Shown in pieces: positions 1-12,744 of a DNA stretch of 64,000 bases. A program made the position numbers and the translations under genes. This DNA is from Centroscyllium fabricii (Eukaryota). Position 1 is the first letter of the stretch. Each line of letters begins with the position of its first letter. Below the pieces are notes generated by a model. It did no database searches and was not told the origin of the DNA. It saw only the letters and a list, made by a program, of their open reading frames with translations. Where the stretch lies: contig JBNRSN020000003.1 of NCBI GenBank assembly GCA_051313645.2, positions 110,794,001-110,858,000 on the forward strand, read 5' to 3'.

Positions 1-1941
1 AGATGTTAGCTATTTTAGCACCACAATAATGCTGTGCAATGTGTCAAGTTAACGGAATTTCAAAATCAAGCAACTCAATGTCAGCAAATCAAGACATTTT
101 ACACGTTCTGCCCATTGCTCTAATTCAACCATCAAATCCTCTACGAAATGGTTCCATAAACATTGTTTGCAAAAGAAATTAAACAGCAAAATGATTTGTG
201 CCATGTGTCACCAGCCACACATTCACCCTCACTTAATACATATCCGATGTCAAAAACATGCAATCCAATAGTGACTTAAAATCTAGATGATCCAGGGATG
301 ACAGTTTTTAAAGAAATATGCTTCAAAATAAGGCCTTACAAAGAATGTCAAAAATATAACTGCCTTTAATTTTTCTAAAACAAATAATTTTGCCCCAGAA
401 ACTAAGCAGGAATGGACTGGTTTCCCTTACAGGTTTATATTCTACTACATTTCTGATGCTATGGAAAGACAGATCCATCCTTGAGTCACTGTATGTTGTG
501 GAACAATGTAACCTCTGTGTATCTCAATGCAAAAAAAAAACCTAGCTGTGTCTATTTAATGGACTTACAATCTGGGTCACAATTTCTACAGAAAAACTTA
601 TATCTCCATTGGGCTGACCTTGGCAGTAGTGAAAACATGATTTTTGTAGCCTAGCTTCAATTCCGCACAACTCGAGCATGTTTAGCAAAGAATGGGAGTC
701 AAGGCTAAGCAGCAATGTATCATGGGGCCAACAGTCCTTTGATTGAGAAGTACTCCAATAGTAAATTTTTCAACCATTTTAATAAGACTCTAATGAAACC
801 ACAGGCCCATGTGGTATTTCTAAGTACAGCAATTAAATAAAAAGTATTGTCCAATACAGTGCCCCTTCCATATTTATTTCCACAATTCTGGTGCAGCCAC
901 CTGACCGCCATCAATCTTTGAAAAGTCTGAAATCTAGATCGTTTTATCTGATATTTTAAACTAACGCCAATTGGAAGATCCAGGCTCAAGAATCCAGCCT
1001 TGGAGCGCATCACAGAAAAATGCTGAATAGCAGCAGTGCAAACCGAATTTCAGAAATGAAGCACTGTCAGGCCGTCATGGTCAGCACATTCTTGATGGGG
1101 AGGGCGGTCTGCTAGTATGCAAAGGTGGTGTAAAAAAATGGTACCCAATCGCTCACAGTATCAACACTGTGAGTAAGTGAAATTGCATTTTTACTACAAT
1201 TATTTAATTCTATCATTGTATATAAGGGATTAATAATCAGCTTCATTCACAGAAAATATTTCTAACTTAGCTTATTTCTAATAAAATAGTTGCAACAATT
1301 AGTCGTTTTTGTCTTAGTTAGGTGTCTAAGGGAAGGGTCAAGTCATTCAATTCAAATATAAAGAAACATCTTCTGGGACAGATTCAACTTATTTTTAATT
1401 GGCTTCTTTTTTGAGTTTAACAGAGATATTTAAATCTGTTTGGTCATGTTACTTTATGGAAAATACTTCTCAGCCAGACTGATTCAACAGACTGATTCAA
1501 ATCAGAGAGTCAATCGAAAGTCTTTGGAGAGTGATAGCCAGGCAAAATAGCTGCTGTGGAAGGTAAGAACAGAAAAAGAACCACCATTTAAGAAAACATA
1601 GTTTAGCACAGCAGTCACAACTATGAGTTATTTCCTACTTACACAAATAAATATTAAATAACTATTGTAAAACTCCAAAATTTGAGTCTGCTACTGTTCA
1701 CTCATTCTTTTACTGTTTAATAAATCTGTGTGGCAGTTAATGTCTAAATCAAGGTCTAGTGTAATGTTATTCAGCCACCTTCCAAAGTCAGCGAAGATGA
1801 CTTGAGGGCACATGATGAATCCAGAAAACCAAAACAAAGTGAAGAGAGTTCTCTGTTCAATTCCAAGGCATAGTGTAAATTCACCTAGATAACTGCGAGC
1901 GAAAGCACTCTCTGGGATATCGGGAGCAAGGACTCACACAT

Positions 1942-2915
1942 GGGTTGACAGGGTAGATGCTGAGAGGTTGTTTCCCCTGGCAGGAGTGTCTAGAACTAGG
2001 GAGTATAGTCTCAGGATAAGGGGTAGGCCATTTAAGACGGAGATGAGGAGGAATTTCTTCAGCAGATGGTTGTGAATCTTTGGAATTATCTACCCCAGAG
2101 AGCTGTGACTGCGGAGTCTTTGGAGGAAAAATTCAGTTGCATGGCGCTAATGGGGCGCAAAGCAACTAGTGCCCGGGCACAGTGCCGCCAACGCCTCCTG
2201 TGAAATTCAGCGGGAGGTTAGTGGTGACAGCACTAACCGTTAGTGCCCCACAATGTTGCGCTGCTGGTGATGACATCATCGTCTTGCACAGCGCCCCAGC
2301 CACGATCTTCGGTAGTGCCCCCTGACTTACCACCGGATGCCATGTCTGACGGGGTCAGGGGGGCCTAACTGTGGCCGGGGTGGTGCTACTTAAAGGTGAG
2401 GTGCCAGGCAGCCATTTTTGTTGCTGAACGCCTGCCAGCATATGCCTCTGCTGCCGTCCCTGGCCTCCTGACCTGACACCCCCACGGAGTGCCAGCTACG
2501 CTCCGTGAGCCCGGCACTTCTCGAGTGCCGGGCTGCTTTGCCGGCACTCTAATCCCCGGTGGCCCAGCTGGGCCCCTTTAAGAAGGGGAGGAAGGCCTGC
2601 ACATAGCGCCGCGATATTCCCTCGCAGCGCCCCAAGAGGGAGGCGGGGCACTTCCAGTATTTTGGCTGCGGGGGGAGCTACTTTTGCCAGGGCACTAAGT
2701 TAGTGCCCCAAAGGGGACGCAACTCAATATTTCCCCCTTTGAGTATATTCAAGGCTCAGATTGATAGATTTTTGGACTGATGGGGAATCAAGGGATGTGG
2801 AGATCAGGCAGGAAAGTGGAGTTGAGGTCGATGATCAGCCATGATCTTACTGAATGGCAGAGCAGGCTCGAGGAGCCATATGGCCTACTCCTGTTCTTAT
2901 TTCTTATGTTCTTAT
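1942..2915 (+). mobile_element. CR1 LINE 3' fragment, split by a MITE at 2122-2737
   Basis: Typical CR1 ORF2 end and 3' UTR (gatcagccatgatcttactgaatggc...ggcctactcctg) with ttcttatg tail; sequence rejoins across the insert. Confidence 0.85.
2122..2737. mobile_element. GC-rich non-autonomous DNA transposon (PIF/Harbinger-type MITE)
   Basis: TIRs ggaggaaaaattcagttgc / gcaactcaatatttccccc (16/19), 3-bp TSD ttt, interrupts a CR1; homologous to 36213-36935 in opposite orientation. Confidence 0.8.
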
Positions 2916-3514
2916 GGGAGCGGATGATGATGTTGATGCCCAAAAAGTTAAGTATCCCAAAAATGTAAGAGCATTATGAGACTGTTAACAGCAGAATGAA
3001 AATTAAATCATTCAATTGTTATTTTCTGTTCCTTTAGCTGTCTTACCATTTTTTTTTTAAAGTCCAGAGGAAAAAGCAAAGCTAGTTGGGAAGATGTTCC
3101 ATATTAAAAGGCAAAAAATGTAGTTGGTTAATGGAGAGGGTCAGGGTCACGTGGTTTAACAGCGTCAGGAGGTGGAAGTAGTACAAACATCTGGAAGAAC
3201 TGGTAGGAGATAGTGGAGTGTGGGAGGAGCAGAAGTATTGGGGGCTGGGTGTGATAAAATTAGGGAGTTCCAACTTTTTTTAGCCTTGTATAGGCTTATT
3301 TAATTCAGTTACTACGCCACCTCTTGAGATCCCCACCATCACAGAAGCCAGTTTTCAGCCAATTTGATTAATTCCACATAATATCAAGAAACGGCTGAGC
3401 ACACTGGATACAGCAAAGGATATGGGCCCTGAAAACAGCCCAGCTGTCATGCTGAAAACATGTACTCCAGAACTAGCTGCGCCGCAAGCTATTCCAGTAC
3501 AGTTACAATATGGC

Positions 3515-5197
3515 CATCTTCAGCCAGAAGTGCTGAGTGGATAATCCATATCGGCTTCCTTCTGCGGTCCCCACCATCACAGAAGCCGGTCTTCAGCCAA
3601 TTCAATTCACTCCACATGATATCAAGAAACGGCTGAGCACACTGGATACAGCAAAAGCTATGGGCCCTGACAACATTCCGGCTATCGTGCTGAAGACTTG
3701 TGATCCAGAACTAGGCGCGCCTCTAGCCAAGCTGTTCCATACTGTTACAACACTGGCATCTATCTGACAATGCAGTACACTGCCCAGATGTCCTGTCCGC
3801 AAAAAGCAGGACTAATCCAATCTGGCCAATTACCGCCCCATCAGTCCACTCTCAATCATCAGCAACGTGATGGAAGGCATCATCGACAGTGCTGTCAAGC
3901 GCCACTTACTCACCAATAACCTGCTCACTGATGCCCAGTTTGGGTTTCGCCAAGACCACTTGGCTGCCAACCTCATTACAGCCTTGGTCCAAAAATGGAC
4001 GAAGAAGCTGAATTCCGGAGGTGAGGTGAGAGTGACTGCTCCTGATATCAAGGCAGCATTTGACCGAGTGTGGCATGAAGGAGCCCTAGTAAAACTGAAG
4101 TCAATGGGAATTGGGGGGAAAACTCTCCATTGGCTGGTGTCATACCTAGCACAAAGGAAGATGGTTGTGGTGATGGAAGGTCAATCATCACAGCCCCAGG
4201 ACATCGCTGCAGGAGTTCCTCATGGCATTGTCCTAGGCCCAACCATCCTCAGCTGCTTCATCAATGACCTTCACTCCAGCATAAGGTCAAAAATAGGGAT
4301 GTTCGCTTATGACTGCACAGCGTTTAGTGCCATTCACAACTCCTCAGATAATGAAGCAGTCCATGCCCGCGTGCAACAAGACCAGGATGACGTTTAGGCT
4401 TGGGCTGGTTAAGTGGCAGGTAAGTGGCCACACAAGTGCCAGGCAATGACTATCTCCAACAAGCGAGAGTCTAAACACCGCTCCTTGACATTCAATTGTA
4501 TTACCATCACCGAATCCCCCACCATCAACATCCTGGGGGTCACCATTGACCAGAAACCTAACTGGATCAGCCACATAAATACTGTGGCAACAAGAGCAGG
4601 TCAGAGGCTGGGTATTCTGTGGTGAGTGACACACCTCCTGACGCCCCAAAGCCTTTCCACTATCTACAAGGCACAAGTAAGGAGTGTGATGGAATACTCT
4701 CCACTCGCCTGGATAAGTGCAGCTCCAACACCACTCAAAACACCATCCGGGACAAAGCAGCCCGCTTAATTGGTAGCCCCTTTACCAGCTTAAACATCCA
4801 CTCCCTCCACCACTAGCGTACCGTGGCTGTAGTGTGTACCCTCTACAAGATGCACTGCAGCAACTCACCAAAGTGTCTTTGACAGCACTACACAAACCCG
4901 CGACCACTTCCACCTAGAAGGACAAGTTCAGCAGGCTTATGGGAACACCATTACGTGCAAGTTCCCCTCCAAGTTACACACCATCCTGACTTGGAAATAT
5001 ATCGCAGTTCCTTCATCGTCGCTGGGTCAAAATCCTGGAACTTATTTCCCAACAGCACTGTGGAAGTACCTTCACCACACGGACTGCAACGGTCCAAGGC
5101 GGCGGCTCACCACCACCTTCCCAAGGGCAATTAGGGAGGAGCAATAAATGCTGGCCTTGCTAGCGACACCCAGGTCCCAGAAACGAATTTTAAAAAA
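3515..5197 (+). mobile_element. 5'-truncated LINE-B copy inserted into a copy of its own family
   Basis: Degenerate RT ORFs 3537-4816; own 3' end (gagcaataaatgctggcc...ttttaaaaaa) at about 5197. Confidence 0.8.
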
Positions 5198-6444
5198 TCC
5201 AATCTGGCCAATTACCGCCCCATCAGTCTACTCTCAATCAGCAGCAAAGTGATGGAAGGTGTTGTTGACAGTGCTATCAAGCGGCACTTACTCACCAATA
5301 ACCTGCTCACTGATGCTCAATTTGGGTTCCGTCAGGATCACTCGGCTCCAGACCTCATTAGAGCCTTGATCCAAACATGGACAAAAGAGCTGAAATCAAG
5401 AGGTGAGGGGAGAGTGATTGCCCTTGACATCAAGGCAGCATTTGATCGAGTGTGGCATCAAGGAGCCCTGGCAAAATTGAAGTCAATGGGAATCAGGGGG
5501 AACTTCTCCACTGGTTGGAGTCATACCTAGCACAAAGGAAGATGGTTGTGGTTGTTGGAGATCCATTATCTCAGCCCCAGGATATCGCTGCAGGAGTTCC
5601 ACAGGGCAGTGTCATAGGCCCAACCATCTTCAGATGCTTTATCAATGACCTTCCCTCCATAATAAAATCAGAAGTAGGGATGTTCGCTGATGATTGCAGT
5701 GTGTTCAATTCCATTCGCAATTCCTCAGATAATCAAGCAGTCCATGCTTGCATGCAGCAAGACCTGGACAACATACATGGCAAATAACATTCGCGCTACA
5801 CAAATGCCAGGCAATGACTATCTCCAACAACCAAGAATCTAACCTACGCCCCATCACATTCAATGGCATTACCATCGTGGAATCACCCATCAATATCCTG
5901 GGAGTCACCACTGACCAGAAACTTAACTGGACCAGCCACATAAATACTGTGACTAAAAGAGGTCAGAGGCTGGGTATTTTGCGGCGAGTGTCTCACTTCC
6001 TGACTCCCCAAAACCTTTCTATCATCTACAAGGCACAAGTAAGGAGTGTGATGGAATACTCTCTATTGGCCTGGCTGAGTGCAGCTCCAACAACACTCAA
6101 GAAGCTTGACACCATCCAGCACAAAGCAGCCCGCTTGATTGGCACTCCGTCCACCACCTTAAACATTCATTCCCTCCATCATTGGCACACTGTGGCTGCA
6201 GTGTGTACCATCTACAAGATGCATGGCATCTCGCCAAGGCTTCTTTTTCTAAATTGGGGGAAGGATGATTTTAATGTAAGGGGGGATCTGGCTAAAGTGG
6301 ACTGGGATCAGCTACTTGTAGGAAAATCCACATCAGAGCAGTGGGAGTCTTTCAGAAAGGAAATTGAGAGAGTACAAAGGCAACATGTTCCCGTAAAGGT
6401 CAAGGGTGGGACCAACAAGCCCAGGGAATCCTGGATGTCAAGGG

Positions 6445-6682
6445 TGACGTATCGTCAATTAAAACGCAAAGATGAGTAGTTACCTAAACTACAGGCTTTT
6501 ATTAACTAACAATGGAGCTGGTCTCCTGATGAGTTCAAGGCGAAGAATGAGCGGGGGCAGGGCAGCCCTCACCTATATGCTCCGACCTGAGGGGAGGAGT
6601 TAGGGGTGTGGCTGACCTGGCCTACAATACAATACAAGGTGAGCCATCAACTATTTACAGTGGTATTTATACGATTACCACA
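6445..6682 (-). mobile_element. Solo LTR of the PBS-less Gypsy lineage
   Basis: TG...CA ends, 5-bp TSD aaggg; reverse complement begins tgtggtaa and ends gacgatacgtca like the LTRs at 49582/53716; near-identical empty site in the CR1 copy near 25890. Confidence 0.92.
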
Positions 6683-7493
6683 AAGGGATATACGAGAATG
6701 GATTAAGAAAAAAAGGGAGGCTTTTGGCAAATACAAAGGACTAAAGACAGAGGAAGCCCCAGAGGAGTATAAAAAGTGCAGGGGGGTACTTAAAACAGAA
6801 ATAAGGAGAGCGAGAAGGGGCCTTGAAATAACACTGGTGAGCAAAATAAAGTAAAATCCTAAGGTGTTTTATAAGTATATTAAGGGCAAGAGGATAACCA
6901 AGGAAAGATTAGGGCACATTAGGGACCAAAGTGGCAATTTGTGTGTAGACCCGGAGGATATAGGTGAGGTTTTAAATTAATATTTTGCATCTGTGTTCAC
7001 GATGGAGAAGGCCGATGTAGACATAGAAATCAGGCATGGGGACTGTGATTTCCTTGAACAAATTAGTATAGAGAGGGAGGAGGCATGAGTAGGTTTAGCG
7101 GATAAATTTCCAGGCCCAGATGAGATGTATCCCAGGCTGCTGTGTGAGGCAAAGGAGGAGATTGCAGGGGCTCGGACACAAATTTTCAGAACCTCTCTGG
7201 CCACAGGGAATGTGCCAGAGGACTGGAGAACAGCTAACGTAGTACCATTATTCAAGAAGGGTAGCAGGGATAAACCGGGGAACTACAGGCCAGTGACCCG
7301 GACATCAGTGGTAGGGAAGTTATTGGAAAACATTCTGAAGGACAGAATTAGCCTCCACTTGGAGGCAAGGATTACTCAAGGATAGTCAGCATGGCTTTGT
7401 CAAGGGAAGATCATGTCTGACCAATTTGATTGAATTTTTCAAAGGGGTGACTAGGTGTGTGGATGAGGGTAGTGCAATGGATGTGGTACACAT

Positions 7494-10132
7494 ATGTAGA
7501 TACATAGAAGATAGGAGCAGGAGTAGACCATTCGGTCCCTCGAGCCTGCTCCGCCATTCGATGAGATCATGGCTGATCATCCAAACTCAGTACCCCGTAC
7601 CTGCCTTCTCCCCATATCCCTTGATACCTTTAGCTCCAAGAACTATATCTAACTCCTTCTTGAATATAGTTAATGACTTGGCCTCAACTACATTCTGTGG
7701 TAGAGAATTCCACAGGTTCACCACTCTCTGGGTGAAGAAATTCTTCTGCATCTCTGTCCTGATTGGCCTACCACTTATCCTTAGACTGCGCCCCCTGGTT
7801 ATGGACTCTCCGACCATCGGGAACATGCTTCCTGCATCTAGTTTGTCCAGACCTGTCAGAATGTTATAAGTTTCGATGAGATCCCCGCTCATTCTTCTAA
7901 ACTACAGTGAGTATAAGCTCAATCGACCCAATCTCTCTTCATACGTTATAGCTGCCATCCCAGACATCAGCCTTGTGAACCTTCGCTGAACTCCTTCCAT
8001 GCCAAGAACATCCTTCCTCAGATAAAGCGACCAAAACTGCACACAATACTCAAGGTGTGGCCTCACCAAGGCCCTGTACAACTGCAGCAGGACATCCTTG
8101 TTCCTGCACTCAAACCCTTTCTCTATGAAGGCCAACATGCCATTTGCCTTCTTCACCGCCTGCTGCACCTGCATGCTTACCTTCATTCAACGACTGGTGC
8201 ACAAGAACGCCCAGGTCTCGTTGCACTTCCCCGTCTCCCAATCTATTTCCATTCAGATAATACTCTGCATTTTTGTTTCTGACACCAAAGTGGATAACCT
8301 CGCATTTATCCACGTTATATTGCATCTTCTGCCCAATCACCCAACCTGTCAAAATCATCCTGGAGTTTTTCGGTATCCTCCTTGCAGCACACACGCCCAC
8401 CCAGCTTTGTGTCATCTGCAAACTTGGAGATATTACATCTAGTTCCCTTATCTAGATCATTAATGTATATTGTGAATAGCTGGGGTCCAAGGACCAATCC
8501 CTGTGGTACCCCATTTGTCACTGCCTGCCACTCGGAAAAAGACCCGTTAATTCCTACTCTCTGCTTTCTGTCCTCCAACCAGTTCTCTATCCAAGTCAAT
8601 ACCTTGCCCCCAATCCCATGTGCCTTAACTTTACACACTAATCTCTTATGCGGGACCTTATCAAAAGCCTTTTCAAAGTCCAAATATACCACATCTACTG
8701 GTTCTCCCCTATCTATTTTCCCAGTTACATCCTCAAAAAACTCCAGTAGATTAGTCAAGCATGATTTACCTTTAGTAAATCCATGTTCACTTTATCCGAT
8801 CCAGTCACTGTTTTCCAAGTGCTCAGCTATTACATCCTTTATAATGGACTCCAGCATTTTCCCCCACTACCGATGTTAGGCTTACCGGCCTGTAATTCCC
8901 CGCTTTCTCTCTACCACCCTTTTTGAATAGTGGGGTAACATTAGCTACCCTCCGATCCATGGGTACAGTTCCAGATTCCAGCGAATGTTGAAAGATGATC
9001 ATTAATGCATCTACTATTTCTAGGGACACTTCCTTAAGTACCCTAGGATGTAGATTATCCGGCCCTGGGGATTTATCGGCCTTTAATCCGGTCAGTTTCC
9101 CCAACACCATTTCCCTACAAATACTGATTTCTTTCAGTTCCTCCCTTTCATCAGACCCTATGTTCTCCAACATCTCTGGGAGGTTATTTGTGTTCTCCTT
9201 TGTGAAGACAGAACCAAAATATGCATTTAATTGGTCTGCCATTTCTTTGTTCCCCATTATAACTTCACCCGCTTCTGACTGCAAGGGACCTACACTTGAT
9301 TTCACTAATCTTTTTCTCTTCACATATCTATAAAAGCTCTTACAGTCAGTTTTTATGTTCCCTGTGAGCTTACTTTCAATTATATTTTCCCCTTCTTAAT
9401 TAATCCCTTTGTCCTCCTTTGTTGAATCATAAACTGCTCCCAATCCTCAGAGTTACTGCTTTTCTGGCCAATTTATATGCTCTCTCCTTGGATCTTATGC
9501 TATCCCTAATTTCCCTTGTTAGCCACGGTTGAGTCACCCTTTTTGTTTTATTCTTATGCCAAACCGGGATGAACAAATTCTGTAGTTCATCCATGCAGTC
9601 TTTGAATGTTTGTCATTCCCTATCCACCGTCAACCCTTTGAGTGACATTCCCCAATTGATCCAACCCAATTTACGCTTCATACCATCGTAGTTTCCTTTA
9701 TTTAAATTCAGGACCCTAGTCTCTGAGTCAACTACTTTGCTCTCCATGCTAATGAAGAATTCTATCATATTGTGATCACTCTGACCCAAGGGGCCTCGTA
9801 CAACAAGATTGCTAATTAATCCTTTCTAATTACATAATACCCAGTCTAATATGGTTTGATTTCTGGTTGGTTCCTCAACATACTGTTTCAGAAAACCATC
9901 CCATAAACATTCTAGGAATTCCTCCTCCACAGTATTTTTACTAATTTGGCTAGCCCAATCTATATGTAAATTAAAGTCACCCATGATGACAGCTGTGCCC
10001 TTACTGCACGCTTCTCTAATTTCCCTATAAATGCCATCCCCAACCTCCGTATTACTGTTTGGAGGTCTATATACTACTCCCACTAACATTTTCTGCCCCT
10101 TGCTATTTCTCAGTTCTACCCATACAGATTCC
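7494..10132 (-). mobile_element. CR1 LINE (subfamily B), 5'-truncated in the endonuclease domain
   Basis: Minus-strand ORF fragments from APE endonuclease (GDFN) through RT (FADD) to 3' UTR; TSD acacat at 7488-7493 and 10133-10138. Confidence 0.92.
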
Positions 10133-10137
10133 ACACA

Positions 10138-11237
10138 TGGATTTCAGTAAGGCTTTTGATAAAGTCCCGCATAGGAGACTGGTCAAGAAGGTAAGAGCCC
10201 ATAGGATCCAGGGCACCTTGGCAAATTGGATCCAAAACTGGCTTAGTGGCAGGAGGCAGAGGGCGATGGTCAAAGGTTGTTTTTGTGACTGGAAGCCTGT
10301 GTCCAGTGGGGTACCGCAGGGATCGGTGCTGGGTCCCTTGCTGTTTATAGTCTACATTAATGATTTAGATATGAATGTAAAAGGAATGATGAGTAAGTTC
10401 GCAGACAACACGAAAATTGGTGGGGTGGTAAATAGCGAGGAGGGAAGCCTCAGTCTGCGGGACGATATAGATGGGATGGTCAGATGGGCAGAACAGTGGC
10501 AGATGGAATTTAACCCTGAAACGTGTGACGTGATGCATTTTGGGAGGACTAACAAGGCAAGAGAATACACAATGAATGGTAAGACCCTAGGAAAGACAGA
10601 GGATCAGAGAGACCTTGGTGTGCATGTACATAGATCTCTGAAGGCAGCAGGACAGGTAGATAAGGTGGTTAAAAAGGCATATGGGATACTTATATTATAT
10701 GCCTCGGCTAATGAAGGCAAGAGCAGGGAGGTTATGATGGAGCTGCACAAAGCGCTAGTAAGGCCACAGCTGGAATACTGTGTGCAGTTCTGGTCACCAC
10801 ACTATAGGAAGGATGTGATTGCTTTGGAGAGGGTGCAGAGGAGATTCACCAGGATGCTACCTGGGCTGGAGCACTTCAGCTATGAAGAAAGACTGGACAG
10901 GCTGGGGTTGTTTTCCTCAGAGCAGAGAAGGCTGAGGGGGGACCTGATTGAGGTGTACAAAATTATGAGGGGCATAGATAGGGTAGATAGAAAGGAACTT
11001 TTTCCCTTAGTAGAGGGGTCAATAACCAGGGGGCATAGTTTCAAGGTAAGGGGCAGGAGGTTTAATGGCGATTTGAGGAGGAACTTTTTCACCCAGAGGG
11101 TGGTTGGAATCTGGAACTCACTGCCTGAAAGGGTGATAGAGGCAGGAACCCTCACAACATTCAAGAAGCATTTAGATGAGCACTTGAAACGCCATAGCAT
11201 ACAAGGCTATGGACCAAATGCTGGAAAATGGGATTAG
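10138..11237 (+). pseudogene. Open C-terminal half of CR1 ORF2 reverse transcriptase
   Basis: Part of ORF 10059-11237 from [12 protein letters not shown]; catalytic motif reads FADN here versus FADD in the sister copy; upstream part separated by insertion. Confidence 0.85.
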
Positions 11238-12744
11238 AATGGAAAGGGCTTGATGGCCAGTGTGGACACGATGGGCCGAACGGCCTCTTTCTGTGCTGTA
11301 TAACTCTATGATTCTTTGATTCTTCAACAGCACCTCCCAAATCCGCGACCTCTACCAGCTAGAAGGACAAGGGCAGCAGGCGCATGGGAACACCATCACC
11401 TCCAAGTTCCTCTCCAAGTTGCACTACATCCTGCCTTGGAAATATATCGCCGTTCCTTCATCGTCGTTGGGTCAACATTCTGGAACTCCTTCCCCAACAG
11501 CACTGTAGGAGTACTTTCACCACACAGATTGCAGTGGTTCAAGAAGGCAGCTGACCATCACCTACTCAAGGTCAATTAGGGATGGGCAATAAATGCTGGC
11601 CTTGCCAGCGATACCCACATCCCATGAACAAATAATAAAAAAATAAAAAGATGTGAAAAAAATCTAGCTACAAATTAGAATTTTGTCCCAAGTTTAACTC
11701 AATACAGATGTTTCACGTTCTGTTAGTTAAGCAAAGCATTGAATGATGAACCAAGCTACTTTTGAGCAAACACAAGCTGTGTGATTTGTTCAGCTTTGTG
11801 AATGACAGCCATTATTTTCAAACGTGCTCAACAGTTATTTGAATCCAAGAAGTCCCAGTGGTCGTTTTATGGGGTATTTAAGCTGTTTGAATCTGAGTCA
11901 GTTTGGAAATTCCAAGAAATATCAGGGTCAACTTTCTTTTCCCCTCCTCTCCATACAGCCAAAAGTGCACCAACTTACAAGTTGGTGAGTCCATCAGTAT
12001 TTCTAGGTTCAACTCATTCACATGCAGTAAGGGTGCTTCGTACATTGGGTGCATGCACGCCTACTTTACAGAGAAAGTTGGCATGTTGCTTAAAGAGGAA
12101 TTTCTTCTTGTACTGATCTGCTGGACTTGTGGGCTTCTTGAATTCTTTCAGAATCTACTGATATCTGGTCGGATTGGTTGTCTTTAATTTAGTAGTCTGG
12201 CTGCTTTGGTTGCTTTTTCTCCTGTATTCTGGCTCCATTTGGTGTCTTTATTTTGTGCTGAAAGGCACTGTTTACTGGTTAGGGAAGTCACTTCTTCTGT
12301 CTGGCTGCAAGTCTGGAATAGGCAGGGCACCCTGCTTTGAGAACAGTACATTACAATGTTGTTACAGGAAATGCAAGAGAATAGAGAGTTACTGTTTCCA
12401 CACCAGGGTCAAATGATGCCTAAAGCTGCCTGCAAAAGAGCATAGAATTATAGAATCATACAGCATAGAAGGAGGCCATTCGACCTGTCATGCCTGTACC
12501 AGCTCTTTGAAAGAGCTGTCCAATTTAGTCCCACACCCCAGCTTTTTCCCCATAGCTCTGTAAATTATCCCCTTCAAGTACACGTCCAGTTGTCTTTTGA
12601 AAGTTCCTATGGAATCTGCTTCTACCACCCTTTCAGTTAGTGCGTTCCAGATCATAACAACCCTCTGTGTGAAAACATTTCACCCCATTTTCCCTCTAGT
12701 TCATTTGCCAATTATTTTAAATCTATGACCGCTGGTTACCAACC

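Larger units (their letters stand above)
6246..11319 (+). mobile_element. CR1 LINE (subfamily A), 5'-truncated, hosting a solo LTR and an antisense CR1
   Basis: ORF2 remnants ([26 protein letters not shown]), ctctatga-type tail, probable TSD ttctt (6241-6245 / 11320-11324). Confidence 0.9.
3315..11650 (+). mobile_element. Older copy of a second LINE lineage (CR1/L2 supergroup, here LINE-B) in three pieces: 3315-3519, 5195-6245, 11320-11650
   Basis: RT motifs QFGFR, DIKAAFDRVWH, GVPQGSVIGP, FADD in ORFs 5249-6245; 3' end gggcaataaatgctggcc plus A-rich tail near 11640; pieces are collinear around the insertions. Confidence 0.8.

Noticed and set aside
720-1013. 97-aa ORF in the AT-rich start of the window
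   Set aside because: No recognisable domain or convincing splice context.
3075-3270. Possible decayed L2 3' fragment
   Set aside because: Resemblance too weak to call by eye.
7426-9333. Recurrent antisense ORFs in CR1 and Gypsy copies across the window
   Set aside because: Shadow frames of conserved RT coding sequence; recurrence reflects repeat homology.
10059-10420. Novel N-terminus and FADN motif in the 392-aa CR1 ORF
   Set aside because: The N-terminus is read-through from the nested antisense CR1; FADN is seen in one copy only (sister copy has FADD), unlike the conserved YLDN.
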